From the human T2T-CHM13v2.0 reference genome, Homo sapiens, in NCBI RefSeq assembly GCF_009914755.1, contig NC_060938.1: 64,000 nt of DNA. One strand, given 5' to 3'. Positions 25,009 through 43,167 of the stretch are shown here, one piece after another. Below the pieces are notes generated by a model. That model was not told the origin of the DNA and ran no database searches. It saw nothing but the letters and a program-made list of their open reading frames with translations. Numbering within the stretch: the stretch's first letter is position 1; each line of letters opens with the position of its first letter. A program made the translations under genes and the position numbers.

Positions 25009-25597
25009 GTTTATTTGCACCATCTCACCGTATTTTGTATGGAGATACTTTGAGGCTCTGTAAATATCTGGTTACTCCTCAGAACCCACTAGATTTAGCA
25101 TTTCATGGATGACTTGTGTTTGAAAAATTATTACTATGATGGTTGCCAGATGATTATTTTCTTATTCTCTTCTTTGTTCTACATGGAGAAATAAAACCAA
25201 TAAATAAGGGAGAAGGAAATCTCATGATTCTGATGCTCCAATTCCCCAAGATTAGGCCAGTAGTAGACATTCCAAGCTGACTTTATGTCTCTTTGATTTG
25301 TCTCCATTACTCTGTCGGCACTTTTTTACTTTCTGGCAGAAGATGTTCTAAGCTCATCTTGTATTTTCTCTGCCCCAGCCCTGCAATGAGTAATTTTTTT
25401 TAGAAGCAGAGGTGGAGCCACTGAGGAAGCACAGGTGAGCCCTCCCCAGTGCCTACTCACTGGTCCCCAACAGAAGAACCGCTGCCGCATCCAAGAATGA
25501 CACTGTAAATGTAACAAAGCTTCCGTGCTTGTTAGTGAACACCAACTCAGCTCCTCTCCTGTATTCAGAAATCAGGATGAGATGAAAACAACAAGCA

Positions 25598-25905
<308 letters not shown>

Positions 25906-26302
25906 ACAAGAAAACAAAACTAACAAGGCTTGACACCAGATGAGCCTGAATCTAAGCAAGAAAAGCCCAGAAGAAATCCCATTTTGGGTCACTGGCTGCA
26001 TTGTAGTAATACCATACACATAAAGGAAGAGAGGAGGATGTGGCTTTCACTTTGAATTTTTTGAGCTTAAGGTAACTTTTGCGTAGCTACAAAGAAGCAT
26101 TCAACAGAGAGTTAAACCTATGATGGAAAGACTGAAGAGGTCCAAGCTGTAGAGAAACAGGACTGCAAACCACAAAGGGCTGAATCAGTCAAGGAGAACT
26201 GCACGGCGGGATGAACAGGGACCAGTGGAACATTTGGATAAGCTGTTGAGAAGAAAGGAGAATTCAGAGAAAAAGAACTGTCAGTGAGGTCATAATAGGA
26301 AC

Positions 26303-26778
26303 TGTTACAGTGAACTAAATATGGCCTGGGAAGGACTCTGTACTTCTAGACTTGAGTCCCTGTGGACAAACTGCAACCTAACTTAATAGGTAGAAAGACT
26401 GAAAACCTAACTTAGGAGTATGCACCTGTAACTATAGCTGAGTCCTGGCCAATCCCAACAGCCAAACTTCTGCCACTCACACACTGCTGAGTGTTCAGCT
26501 GTGTTCAAATAAGGCAAATGCTGAGCACTGTAACCAGTCCAGTTGTTTCTGGACCACATTGCTGAGAATGGTAAGGGACCCAGTTGCTTCCGGACCTCAC
26601 TCCTCACTCAGATTTCTGTACATCACGTTCCCTTTATTGTCTATAAATCTTCCACCATGTAGCTGTGCTGGAGTCTCACCAAATCTTCTGTGATTCTGGG
26701 GGCTGCCTGATTCGTGAATCATTCATTTCTCAATTAAGTTCCTTTAAATTTAATTCAGCTGAAGATTTTCTTTTAACA
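26303..26778 (+). mobile_element. 5' LTR (MER57A-like), 476 bp
   Basis: tgttacagtgaactaaatatggcctg...ctataaatc (TATA)...caattaa...ttttcttttaaca; homologous to 40250-40648. Confidence 0.88.
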
Positions 26779-26780
26779 GA

Positions 26781-26798
26781 TGGTGTCAGAAGTGGGAT
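26781..26798 (+). other. Primer binding site complementary to the tRNA-Leu 3' end
   Basis: TGGTGTCAGAAGTGGGAT lies 2 nt after the LTR end and is the reverse complement of ...AUCCCACUUCUGACACCA (tRNA-Leu(CAA) 3' end). Confidence 0.85.
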
Positions 26799-26918
26799 CT
26801 GTGGGAGCAGGACTGCTAGGGCCTCCGGAGCTATAATGTGGTGAGCAGTGTTCCTAGGGCTTCTAATGACCCCCAGGAGTGCTGAAGTACAAGAAAGGCA
26901 CCTGCAAGGACTGCTCTG

Positions 26919-28180
26919 TGATGGCAGCAGTGGCCCATGTGGAGCAGTTGCTACGGAGACACTGGCTGCAGTGAGGAGGAGTGGCTGGGGCTGTGCGCTC
27001 CTCGAAGCTGGTGGGAGCCAGGAAAGGGTGGGAGCCCCACCCCTTCTAAATTGGCAGGCAGGAGCCCCGCCCTCCCAGGCACAGCTGCAGCCATCCAGCC
27101 ATGACTGCAAACCCGGGCATCTTTGCACTCTCAGAGGCCCAGCAAGCCCCCCTGCCCCCGCAGGCTCAGTCGTACCTGGTCCCACCACCTGGCGTCTCTC
27201 CGCTCCCAGAGCCCACTCCAACCTCAGATCCAAGTTGAGGCTGAACCCAGGCACAGTCGGAACCCAGCCTGGTATGTGCAAGCTCAAGGCAGTGCTGACA
27301 TGCCAGCCCCCTGCCACCTCAGCCCCCTCCAGACTTTGGGCACTGACGAGCACAAGAGGGAGGTTGAGGTGGGGCTAAGAGTGGCTCAGCACTGGCCTGA
27401 AGGCACTCCTCAGCTCGAACAGCCTCGGCAATGTGGGCACAGCTAACCACAGTGCATCTCTCTCAGCTGCTGAGAGCTGAACAGACGTTGGGATGACTTG
27501 CCTGCAGAAAGGAGCTACCGACGGCAGGTCTCCTCTGAGCTGAACTGTTGCTCAATAAAGCACCTCTTCACCTTGCTCACCTTCTACTTGCCCACATACC
27601 TCATTCTTCCTGGACTCAGGACAAGAACTCGGGACCTGCCAACTAGCAGGGCTGAAAGAGGTGTAACATAAACAGGGCTGAAACGCACCCCTTGCTTGCC
27701 AAATTGCAGGCAAGAAGAAGAGAAGAGAGAAGGAGACAAGAGCTGTGGCCCTTCAGGGAGCCCAGACCTAGGAGCTCCCCAAGCCAGGGCTATGATGCCT
27801 TCTTTGGGGTTCTGCAGTTCCTGCATCTCCAAGTTTCTGGGCGCCACTGCATTCCCTGATACCCACAGTGGAAGCTGTTTGCAGTCGGCCTGGTCCAGCT
27901 GCAGCCTCACAGGGATCTGGCACCTGTGCCGGTGCCTGGAGCTGCCCACCCCACTGCAGCTGGCATGCTTGACTGTGTGCAGTGGCCAGATCCCATGCTT
28001 GCTTGCTCACACACCCTTCACTGCTCTGTACCCAGATCACCCTTGGCAAGTGTGGGATCCAAACCACTAGCATGAGCCGAGTGGACAGAACGAACCCAGT
28101 GGGCCCGAGCAAAACACAGGTAAAGGCACCACCAGCCAGAGGCTTCAGGCAGAAAAGTGATGTCTCAGGATTCTGTAACA
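26919..28180 (+). mobile_element. MER52-like solo LTR nested in the provirus leader
   Basis: GC-rich 1.26-kb block, TGATGGCAGCAG...aataaa (~27554)...ttctgtaaCA. Its 3' half is homologous to the reverse complement of 50960-51480. Confidence 0.75.
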
Positions 28181-29116
28181 CTTGTGCCCTTTGATCTCTC
28201 AGAGCTGCTGGGGATCATGATAAATTCTTTCTCGGATTTCAGAGCTCCATGGATTTGTGTTTTGAGCTCTGAGTTTCTTTGAGCAAATTTCTGTTCCAAA
28301 CTGCTATCCAGCCATGACTGGCTGGATGTTTTAGAAGTTATGACAGAAACGGGACCGGGTCCAGGATCAGATTTGATCCAGTAGTTAACTGGCTTGAATC
28401 CAGTTCCAGTTAGAGACCTCCTACATCTGAATGGGTCAGAAGGAAAGTGGTAGTAAATGATAATATTGTAGGGCTGTAAAATTTGGCTTTTGAAAATTCA
28501 CAGGGATTTTTGTGTTCTACCCCTTTGTTTCATTTTCCTCACACGCTTAGGTAGGAAAAAAAATCATTGGCTAAGTCAATCAAGGGAACCTGGGAGTAAA
28601 GCCAATATATTAGGTAAAAATAGGATCCTTAATTTCTGGAAAACTTAGTTCCTTCTGGCTAATTCATTAGGCCTGAGAGGCAGCAAAGTCTTACAGAAAT
28701 GGCAAAATCTTACTAAAGTTAACTTACAGTGGAATATTCCAAATGAATAATGCCCTGAAGTGCATTTAAAAATGAGGGCTCCCAAATTAGTCTCATCTAG
28801 GGATGCCTATTAATATGCAGAAGCTTCTAAAAAGATTTAGAGATGGCACGGCCTATCTGGGAGCAAGTTTGAGTCTTACCAGTTTGACACTGGGTGCTAA
28901 GCAAAGTGGCTCGTGTCTATGTTTTGTCACATGTATTTTGCTCTGAGCAGAATGAAAAATGTTAATTTGGTTACTCCAAGCAACCCCTTGGGCAGCATCT
29001 TGCAAAGCTGAGTGGATTCTTCCTGTGGCTCCATGATTTCCATTGTGATGCAGCTTGGCCCCAGAGCTATAATGTGAGGAGGGTGACAGAGAAAGATGTT
29101 ATCTTTAAAAAAAAAT

Positions 29117-29412
29117 GGCCAGAGACAGTGGCTCACGCCTGTAATCCCAACACTTGGGGAGGCTGAGGCAGGTGGATCACCTGAGGTCAGGAGTTCAGGG
29201 CCAGCCTGAACAACAAGGAAAAACCCCGTCTCTACTAAAAACACAAAATTAGCTGGGCATGGTGGGGCATGCCTCTAATCCCAGCTACTCAGGAGGCTGG
29301 GGCAGGAGAATTGCTTGAATCTGGGAGGCAGGGGGTTGCAGTAAACCGAGATCGCGCCATTGCACTCCAGCCTGGGCAACAAGAGGGAAAATCCACCTCA
29401 AGAAAAGAAAAG
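29117..29412 (+). mobile_element. AluS
   Basis: Full dimer with a degenerate tail. Confidence 0.9.
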
Positions 29413-30546
29413 AATAATAGATTTGCCTATAAGGTTTTATGAAAAAGTGGGTGACATTTGGCTTTCTCTCTTTAAAGAAGATTTTCAGAAAATATTAAAA
29501 AATAATGGGAGAAGGAGCCAAGCTGGCCGAATAGGAACAGCTCGAGTCTACAGCTCCCAGCATGAGCGATGCAGAAGACGGGTGATTTCTGCATTTCCAT
29601 TTGAGGTACTGGGTTCATCTCACTAGGGAGTGCCAGACAGTGGGCGCAGGACAGTGGGTGAAGTGCACTGTGCACTAGCTGAAGCAGGGTGAGGCATTGC
29701 CTCACTTGGGAAGTGCAAGGGGTCAGGGAGTTAGTTCCCTTTCCTGGTCAAGGAAAGGGGTGACAGACGGCACCTGGAAAATCAGGCCACTCCCACCCTA
29801 ACACTGCGCTTTTCTGACGGGCTTAGGAAACGGCACACCAGGAGATTATATCCGGCACCTGGCTCAGAGGGTCCTATGCCCATGGAGTCTCGCTGATTGC
29901 TAACACAGCAGTCTGAGATCAAACTGCAAGGCGGCAGCGAGGCTGGGGGAGGGGCACCGGCTATTGCCCAGGCTCTCTTAGGTAAACAAAGCAGCCGGGA
30001 AGCTCGAACTGGGTGGAGCCCACCACAGCTCAAGGAGGCCTTCCTGCCTCTGCAGGCTCCACCTCTGGGGGCAGGGCACAGACAAACAAAAAGGCAGCAG
30101 TAACCTCGCAGACTTAAATGTCCCTGTCTGACAGCTTTGAGGAGAGCAGTGGTTCTCCCAGCACACAGCTGGAGATCTGAGAATGTGCAGACTGCCTCCT
30201 CAAGTGGGTCCCTGATCCCTGACCCCCAAGCAGCCTAACTGGGAGGCACCCCCCAGTAGGGGCAGACTGACACCTCACACGACCGGGTACTCCTCTGAGA
30301 CAAAACTTCCAGAGGAATGATCAGACAGCAACATTCACGGATCACGAAAATCCACGGTTTTGCAGACACCACTGCTGATACCCAGGCAAATAGGGTCTGG
30401 AATGGGCCTCTAGCAAACTCCAACATACCTGAAGCTGAGGGTCCTGTCTGTTAGAAGGAAAACTAACAAACAGAAAGGACATCCACACCAAAAACCCATC
30501 TGTACATCACCATCATCAAAGACCAAAAGTAGATAAAACCACAAAG

Positions 30547-31563
30547 ATGGGGAAAAAACAGAGCAGAAAAACTGGAAACTCTAAAAAGCAGAGCACCTCT
30601 CCTCCTCCAAAGGAATGCAGTTCCTCACCAGCAATGGAACAAAGCTGGACAGAGAATGACTCTGACGAGTTGAGAGAAGAAGGCTTCAGATGATCAAACT
30701 ACTCCGAGCTACAGGAGGAAATACAAACCAAAGGCAAAGAAGTTGAAAACTTTGAAAAAACTTTAGAAGAATGTATAACTAGAATAACCAATATAGAGAA
30801 GTGCTTAAAGGAGCTGATGGAGCTGAAAGCCAAGGCTCGAGAACTATGTGAAGAATGCAGAAGCCTCAGGAGATGATGAGATCAACTGGAAGAAAGCATA
30901 TCAGTGATGAAAGATGAAATGAATGAAAAGAAGCATGAAGAGAAGTTTAGAGAAAAAAGAATAAAAAGAAATGAACAAAGCCTCCAAGAAATATGGGACT
31001 ATGTGAAAAGACCAAATCTGTGTCTGATTGGTGTACCTGAAAGTGACGGGAAGAATGGAACCAAGTTGGAAAACACTCTGCAGGATATTATCCAGGAGAA
31101 CTTCCCCAATCCAGCAAAGCAGGCCAACATTCAGATTCAGGAAATACAGAGAATGCCACAAAGATACTCCTCGAGAACAGCAACTCCAAGACACATAATT
31201 GTCAGATTCACCAAAGTTGAAATGAAGGAAAAAATGTTAAGGGCAGCCAGAGAGAAAGGTCAGGTTACCCACAAAGGGAAGCCCATCAGACTAACTGCTG
31301 ATCTCTCGGCAGAAACTCTACAAGCCAGAAGAGAGTGGGTGCCAATATTCAACATTCTTACAGAAAAGAATTTTCAACCCAGAAATTCATATCCAGCCAA
31401 ACTAAGCTTCATAAGTGAAGGAAAAATAAAATACTTTACAGACAAGCAAATGCTGAGAGATTTTGTCACCACCAGGCCTGCCCTAAAAGAGCTCCTGAAG
31501 GAAGCACTAAACATGGAAAGGCACAGTCGGTACCAGCCACTGCAAAAACATGCCAAATTGTAA
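30547..31563 (+). pseudogene. L1 ORF1 (339-codon frame with premature stops)
   Basis: ATGGGGAAAAAACAGAGC to ...HAKL*. The length is intact, but there are in-frame TGA stops at ~30691 and ~30874. Confidence 0.9.
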
Positions 31564-31626
31564 AGACCATCAAGACTAGGAAGAAACTGGGTCAATTAAC
31601 GAGCAAAATAACCAGCTAACATCATA

Positions 31627-35445
<3,819 letters not shown>

Positions 35446-35644
35446 ACAATGAGAACACATGGACAAAGGAATGGGAACATCACACTCTGGGGACTGTTGT
35501 CAGGTGGGGGGAGAAGGGAGGGAAAGCATTAGGAGATATTCCTAATGCTAAATGACGAGTTAATGGGTGCAGCACACCAGACTGGCATATGTATACATAT
35601 GTAACTAACTGGCACATTGTGCACATGAACCCTAAAACTTGAAG

Positions 35645-35681
<37 letters not shown>

Positions 35682-36080
35682 TAATAAAATGAAAAATTTG
35701 TTTGCCTTGTAAATAAACTACCAAAAAAAAAAAATAAAGGAAAAACAAGAGGCAGATTATTTGTGGAAATAAGTCTTCCCCCTATCAATGAGTAAAGATT
35801 TTTGCCCTTTAAAAAATTTTAAGTCATGATTTTAGGTAAATGAATGACTTACGTTGACGTGGAATTCTATTTCATAACATCAAGTGTTTAAACCTTTAAT
35901 ATATTTAATAGGCTTCCCAAAATCAAATTTCAACTTCAAAATTTTCTTTTCTGACCTCTAACTTTGGGATACTACAGAGGCCCCTGAAGTACCCAAAAGA
36001 GACGTAAACAGGACTATTTAACATGTTAAGTCACATGGCTAGAACTGTCAAAATAAAAAATAATGTTGAACCTTCTTTAG

Positions 36081-36434
<354 letters not shown>

Positions 36435-36743
36435 TAATTATGGTTATTAAGTTATTGTAGACCACAGAAATAACCAAATTTCCTTGTCAATTGTCTTTAA
36501 CTATAACTATTTAAAGTCATTTCCACAGTTAATTGCTTAATGGTGATGCAGTTTCTAAAAACTTCACAAGCATGCAAAATTTTAGAATATGGTGTCTCTT
36601 AGAAGATCCATGAAAGAATGAAAAGGACCCTGAGAAACACTTGTGAACACAGATTTCTAATAACTTTAATATCATGGGTAAAAATTCCCCATAAGTTCCC
36701 CGATCCCCCAAGAATTGGACTGGTTAAGAATTCTCAAAAGTTA

Positions 36744-37079
<336 letters not shown>

Positions 37080-38347
37080 CTAACCTAAGTAAAACAAAAA
37101 TTGTATACCAAGGAAATATTTTGCCACATTTGCACGCTAAATCACCAATATTGAAATTGTTTAGATATATAATTTAAATAAACTCCATGGTCTAAGTCAA
37201 ATCACCTATAACTACTCATCAGTTACCAGTACCATGCACCTAATTTGGAGAAACAGCTGGTATTCAAGAGGATGTAAGCCTAATGTTAATTAAGCACAGA
37301 CTTATGAAGAACCAGGATGGCCACCTTATCCTTCTTAAGTCCTTAAAACTTTTGTTATTAAAAGTTCTGCATTCCATAACTCATCATGGAAAGAGAAAAT
37401 GATCCAAATTAAATATATTGGTGTGGTGATTTCTAAACTGCTAAAATGGTTTATAACCAATATTTGGTTTGTCATACCTATATTCCTAGGAAAACAATCA
37501 AAACTTCAGGTACATTTGGTTATCTGATGGGCCATTTAAACATTTTATAAAGGGATTTCATTCAGTTGTCATTTTCAGTGCATGTTTTCTGATTGTATAA
37601 AAGCTCTTCCATGCGAGACAGTTGATGTTGAAACAGTAGATTATTACCCTGAAGTGTATTTTCACCAGGTAAAGAAAGCCTTTTATGGCTCACTGAGGAC
37701 AGTCAACCCCTTCAAAATCTAGAATCTGATGACTGGATCTTCTGAGAACATCAGAGAAGGACTGCCCTTGCCATCCACATGACAGCAAAACTTTAAAACC
37801 TTAAACTTTGGGTTCATAGTCTCACAACTCAGAAGGGTCCTTCCACACTTGGAACCATATACCCATTGGAACCCTTAAGGTAAAGCTAACAAGGACAGTT
37901 CCCCCCAGAAGAAGATGGCATCCCTAATATGAACAGCTTTTCCCAAGATCACAGATCAAGACTTCTCTACTATCATGAGACACTTATCTTAAGTATCTGT
38001 GCAGCTGCTAACACTTACAGCATGTGGAGAAAACATGGGGTATTATAAAGATTTGGTTGTAGGGAATTAACAAAAAAACCCACTTAGTTAAGCAAGTAAA
38101 CTCTTTAATTCATTCTTTAATCTATTTGATTTTAGGTGGTTTGATTTATGGGGACCCTGAGTTAGGAGCATATACCAAATTCTTGGTGTTATCCCAATAG
38201 TCATAAGAGTCTCCCTGGTGCACTGTACTTACTCAAATGTTTTAAGAGTTTGCATGCAGGCATCTCTAAAATATCAAATGGTATCTTTTCAACTGGAATG
38301 ACAAGAGATTAAAAAAAAAAGTGCAACCATAAGGACACCATATCCTA

Positions 38348-39508
38348 TGAGTGACATACTAAACCGGAAACCCAAAACAATGAGAGTGACATGCTAAACC
38401 AGAAACCCAAAACAATGGGAGTGATGTACTAAAACTGGAACCCAAAACAATGGGAGTGACGTGCACTAAAACCAGAACCCAAAACAATGGGAGTGACGTG
38501 CTAAACCAGAAACCCAAAGCAATGGGAGTGACTTGCTAAAACTGGAACCCAAAACAATGGGAGTGATGTGATAAAACCAGAAATGAAAACAATGGGAGTG
38601 ATGTGCTTAAACCAGAACCCAAAACAATGGAAGTGACCTGCAAAACCAGAAACCCAAAACAATGGGAGTGACTTGCTAAAACTGGAACCCAAAACAATGG
38701 GAGTGATGTGCTAAAACCAGAAACGAAAACAATGGGAGTGATGTGCTTAAACCGGAACCCAAAACAATGGGAGTGACCTGCTAAACCAGAAACCCAAAAC
38801 AATGGGAGTGACATGTAAAACCAGAAACCAAAACAATGGGAGTGATGTGCTTAAACCGGAACCCAAAACAATGGGAATGACCTGCTAAACCAGAAACCCA
38901 AAACAATGGGAGCGTCCTGCTAAACCAGAAACCGAAAACAATGGGAGTGACCTGCTGAACCAGAAACCCAAAACAATGGGAGTGATGTGTAAAACCAGAA
39001 ACCCAAAACAATGGGAGTGACATGCTAAAACCAGAAACCCAAAACAATGGGAGCATCCTGCTAAACCAGAAACCCAAAACAATGGGAGTGATGTGCTAAA
39101 ACCAGAAACCCAAAACAATGGGAGCATCCTGCTACACCAGAAACCCAAAACGATGGGAGTGACGTGATAAACCAGAAACCCAAAACAATGGGAGTGACGT
39201 GCTAAAACCTGGAAACCCAAAACAATGGGAGTGAGGTGCTAAAACCAGATACACAAAACAATGGGAGTGACGTGCTAAAACCAGAACCCAAAACAATGAG
39301 AGTGACGTGCTAAACCAGAACCCAAAACAATGGGAGTGACGTGCTAAAACAGGAACCCAAAACAATGAGAGTGACGTGCTAAACCAGAAACCCAAAACAA
39401 TGGGAATGACGTGCTAAAACCGGAACCCAAAACAATGGGAGTGATGTGCTAAACCAGAAACCCAAAACAATGGGAATGATGTGCTAAAATCGGAACCCAA
39501 AAAAATGG
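38348..39508 (+). repeat. ~35-36-bp minisatellite, roughly 32-33 copies, inside the ERV internal region
   Basis: Unit approximately AAACCAGAAACCCAAAACAATGGGAGTGACGTGCT(A), repeated with small indels. Confidence 0.93.
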
Positions 39509-39527
39509 TAACTAAGAGTGGTGTTAA

Positions 39528-39876
<349 letters not shown>

Positions 39877-40249
39877 AAAAGGAGGAATTTTTTAAGCAAA
39901 ATTATGGGAGGCCATTGTTTTGAACTAAGCTCATGCAATAGGTCCCAACAGACCAAACCAAACAAAATCGAGTCACTCATGCTAAATGTAACATAATCAA
40001 ACTAAGACTTTAAGGAAACACATAAATCCTAGAACAAACCAGGTTTTGTTTTTCTCCTGTAAACAGGATGTTCCAGCATAAGAAGATATATTCTACTCAA
40101 GTCCTTGTTCCACCTTTTCAAATCTCACTGGTCTATTTCCCAGTGGGTTTCTAAACCAAGTAAGTACATTTGCAATGGTAATAGTGACACCAGTGACTGA
40201 AGTTTTGGCCAATCTCTCAAAATTGAGAAAATAACCAAAGGGAAGGCAT

Positions 40250-40648
40250 TGTTAAAGTGAACTAAGTATGGCCTGAGAAGGACTCCATAATTCTATATAT
40301 GAGTCCTTGTGGATGAACTGCAACCTACCTTAATAGGTATACAAGAATGAAAAACTAACTTGAGAGTATGCACCTGGAACAACAGCTACATCTTGGCCAA
40401 TCCCAATGGCCAAACTTCAACCACTCAGGCACTGCCAAATGTTCAAAATGTGTTCAAAGAAGGCAAACGCTGAGTTGTTTCTGTACCTCACTTCCGATTT
40501 CGGTATGCCATTTCCCTTTTGTCTATAAATCTTCTTCCACCACATGACTGCGCTGGAGTCTCTGTGAATCTGCTGTGATTCTGGGGACTGTCTGATTCGT
40601 GAATCGTTTATTGCTCAATTAAACTCCTTTAAAGTTTTTCTTTTAACA
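40250..40648 (+). mobile_element. 3' LTR (MER57A-like), 399 bp
   Basis: Preceded by the purine tract aaagggaaggca. Reads tgttaaagtgaactaagtatggcctgagaagg...ttttaaca and is followed by TSD gaac. Confidence 0.88.
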
Positions 40649-40689
40649 GAACTAACACAGAAGAATTTCCAGGTCATGAACAGACGTTT

Positions 40690-41295
40690 TGTAATACCCA
40701 ACGTTGTATTAACATGAATAGACTCTTCCTTAGATAGCTAACCTTGTTTTTAATATGAATAGACTCTCCCTTAGCTGAGAAAACCAGACAAACTCTATTT
40801 GGCTCCTTCATTTACAAGACATCAAGGGCTTCTTACCCACCCCCTTTCCTCAAGGACTTTAACTTGTGCAAACTGATTTTCAACATATCAAAGAGTGCAA
40901 TTAACTGATAAAGTGCTGAGACAAGCGATGTCGGCAGTTCCCAGCAAATTACTCAGAGATAGTATCATAAAGCCCCCACATTTGTCCAGCAGATAATGCC
41001 CAGAGCCCCCTCACCTATCACTTTGTGGTGAATTTAAAGCCCCTGCACCTGGAACAGTTTGTTTTCCTGTAACCATCAGTCTTTTTAACTTTTTTGTCGT
41101 TTTTTTCTTCTGTAAAGTTGCTGCAGCTAGAATCCCCCCTCCCCTCTCTAAACCAAAGTATAAAAGAAAATCTATTCCCTTCTTCGGGGCTGAGAGAATT
41201 TTGTGCATTGGCCGTCTCTCAGTCACCGGCTAATAAAGGACTCCTGAATTCATCTCAAAGTGTGGCGTTTCTCTCTAACTCACTCAGGTATGACA
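40690..41295 (+). mobile_element. Solo ERV1 LTR (LTR10-like)
   Basis: TG...CA termini, a 4-bp TSD GTTT (40686-40689 and 41296-41299), a gtataaaa TATA box and the aataaa in ggctaataaaggactcctgaatt. Confidence 0.75.
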
Positions 41296-42799
41296 GTTTC
41301 AACTATGGTAGAAGACTCGAGTAAGGCAAATACAGTCCCCCTAAATTTGACTATTATTTAGGTTAATGGTGAGTTTAGAAGAAATAAGTTAAGACTACAC
41401 AGAATGGGCTAAAGTGCAAATAAACACTGGAAATATTTCCCAGAAAATATGACTTTGAACAGGCTGCTGCACACCCTGCATGTAGAGATAAACTAAGAAA
41501 AAGGTGTGGAGAGTTATTTAAGGACCTATGGTTAACTCAGTCCTCAAGATGTTCCAGGTTTCATCCATGAATCAAGGAGGACCTCCCAAAAGCTGTTTGG
41601 GACCACACTCTTTGAGCAAGGAGCATACCTTACGATGGAAGCTGTGCTTTAGTGGCAGATGACCATTTCCACTGCACTAAACGCCGTGTTTTAGCGGAAG
41701 ATGACCGTTTCCACTGCACAACACTACAAGTGGTTACTGCCAGGCCGGTGTGAAATATGTTCCAGCACATAATCTATGTCACCAATGAAGGTGGTGGTTC
41801 TGACTTGGTGCACAGAAGCTTTCCTGTCCCACAAGAACACAGCATGCTCTCTTCTCGGATTCCATTCCAATCACGTAACAAATATGACTGCCTTTTTTGT
41901 CTCGGCATCAGAAAGATCAGAGGAAAATTTGCACCCAACTTAGACAACTCTAAGCTCTTATAACCTGCTTATATCTACAGGTCAGCTTTATCTTATTTAT
42001 GTATATTTCCTTCAACCTGAGTTTTACTTATTTCTACTTTTCCTTTTTAATTCACAGACACCAATAAACTCAGAAAATACAGTGTAAAACAAAGTGAAGA
42101 ACAAATAAACAACTCACCAGAGATTTATTCGTTTCCTGTTGCTCTTGGAAACACCCAGAGGACACTGGAAACATAGCTGGGATAGAAGGCAAATGACGTG
42201 GGTTAAGGAGAGAACTGGTGTGGTGTGGTCCCAGATTCTTCTGCCCAACACTCTAGACACATTACTTGGGAAAGCCCTCCTCCCTCCTGAAAAAGAAAAA
42301 CTTCCCCATGGGAGAAGAGTCCTTCATGCCCCATTAGGGTCAACAAAGACTCAAGTTAAGATAAGATACATCTACAAGTACATTAATTGGTAGACATTAG
42401 ATGCACAATTTATTTTTGAATAAAAACATGTATTACCTACTAATTTAGTAACAATATTATCTAAAGATATAATCTAATAATTTAATACAAAGAAACATAA
42501 GTTCACTAAAATAAATGTTATAGAAATATACTAGGCTGTATTAACTATTTTCCTATTAATATGTAGATTCCACAAATAACTTCATATGAGTGTTCCCATG
42601 ACAGTACATCTTGCTTTTCTATACCTGAACATAATGGAAAGTGCATCTTGCAATCCAGCAATTTTGGCCTACAATTACGTTTTTTAAAATGTACATAATA
42701 TGTATTTCCTACAGTACACCATTCTACTCATGTTTCCCAATAACACCTTTCCTTCTATCCAAGCCCTCATATTATGCTCTGACAATAAATTGGGCTTTT

Positions 42800-43167
42800 C
42801 CATCTGACTTGTCCAGTGAATGGACAATGGAAAATGTGATGCAAATATACATTGGTTCTTCCCATTTTGGACACAGTCAAATTGTGAAGAGGTCTGGAGC
42901 TACCCTGTTAGAGACACAGGGCCTAGCCAAGAGTCACCACAAACCACCAGATTGTGAAGGAAACTATCTTAAACCAACGAGACTCAGTCAAGGCACCAGG
43001 TGACTAAGGCCTTTTTGTGATCCAGGCAACACAAATATATCAACTACCCAGCTGAATCCACCACACCAAAATGCAGATCCACAGAACTTCAAACAAATAA
43101 AATGGTGGTTTTTTATAAGCCAGTAAGGTTTAATTAGTTCCTTAAACAGCAAGTATTAACTGTTACA
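42800..43167 (+). mobile_element. MLT1-type MaLR LTR (degenerate)
   Basis: The 3' end caaataaaatggtggttttttataagccagtaagg...cagcaagtattaactgttaca is typical of MLT1. Confidence 0.55.

Noticed and set aside
26730-28194. Several overlapping 100-200 aa ORFs
   Set aside because: They are chance ORFs in a GC-rich MER52-like LTR, on both strands and without domain features.
29782-30033. L1 antisense ORF0
   Set aside because: The sequence is recognisable (AGAPPPASLPPCSLISDCC), but the start codon is mutated (Ile in place of Met) and it stops early.
38501-39395. Repetitive minus-strand ORFs (SLPLFWVSG / HSHCFGF)
   Set aside because: They are translations of the minisatellite, with frequent frame changes.
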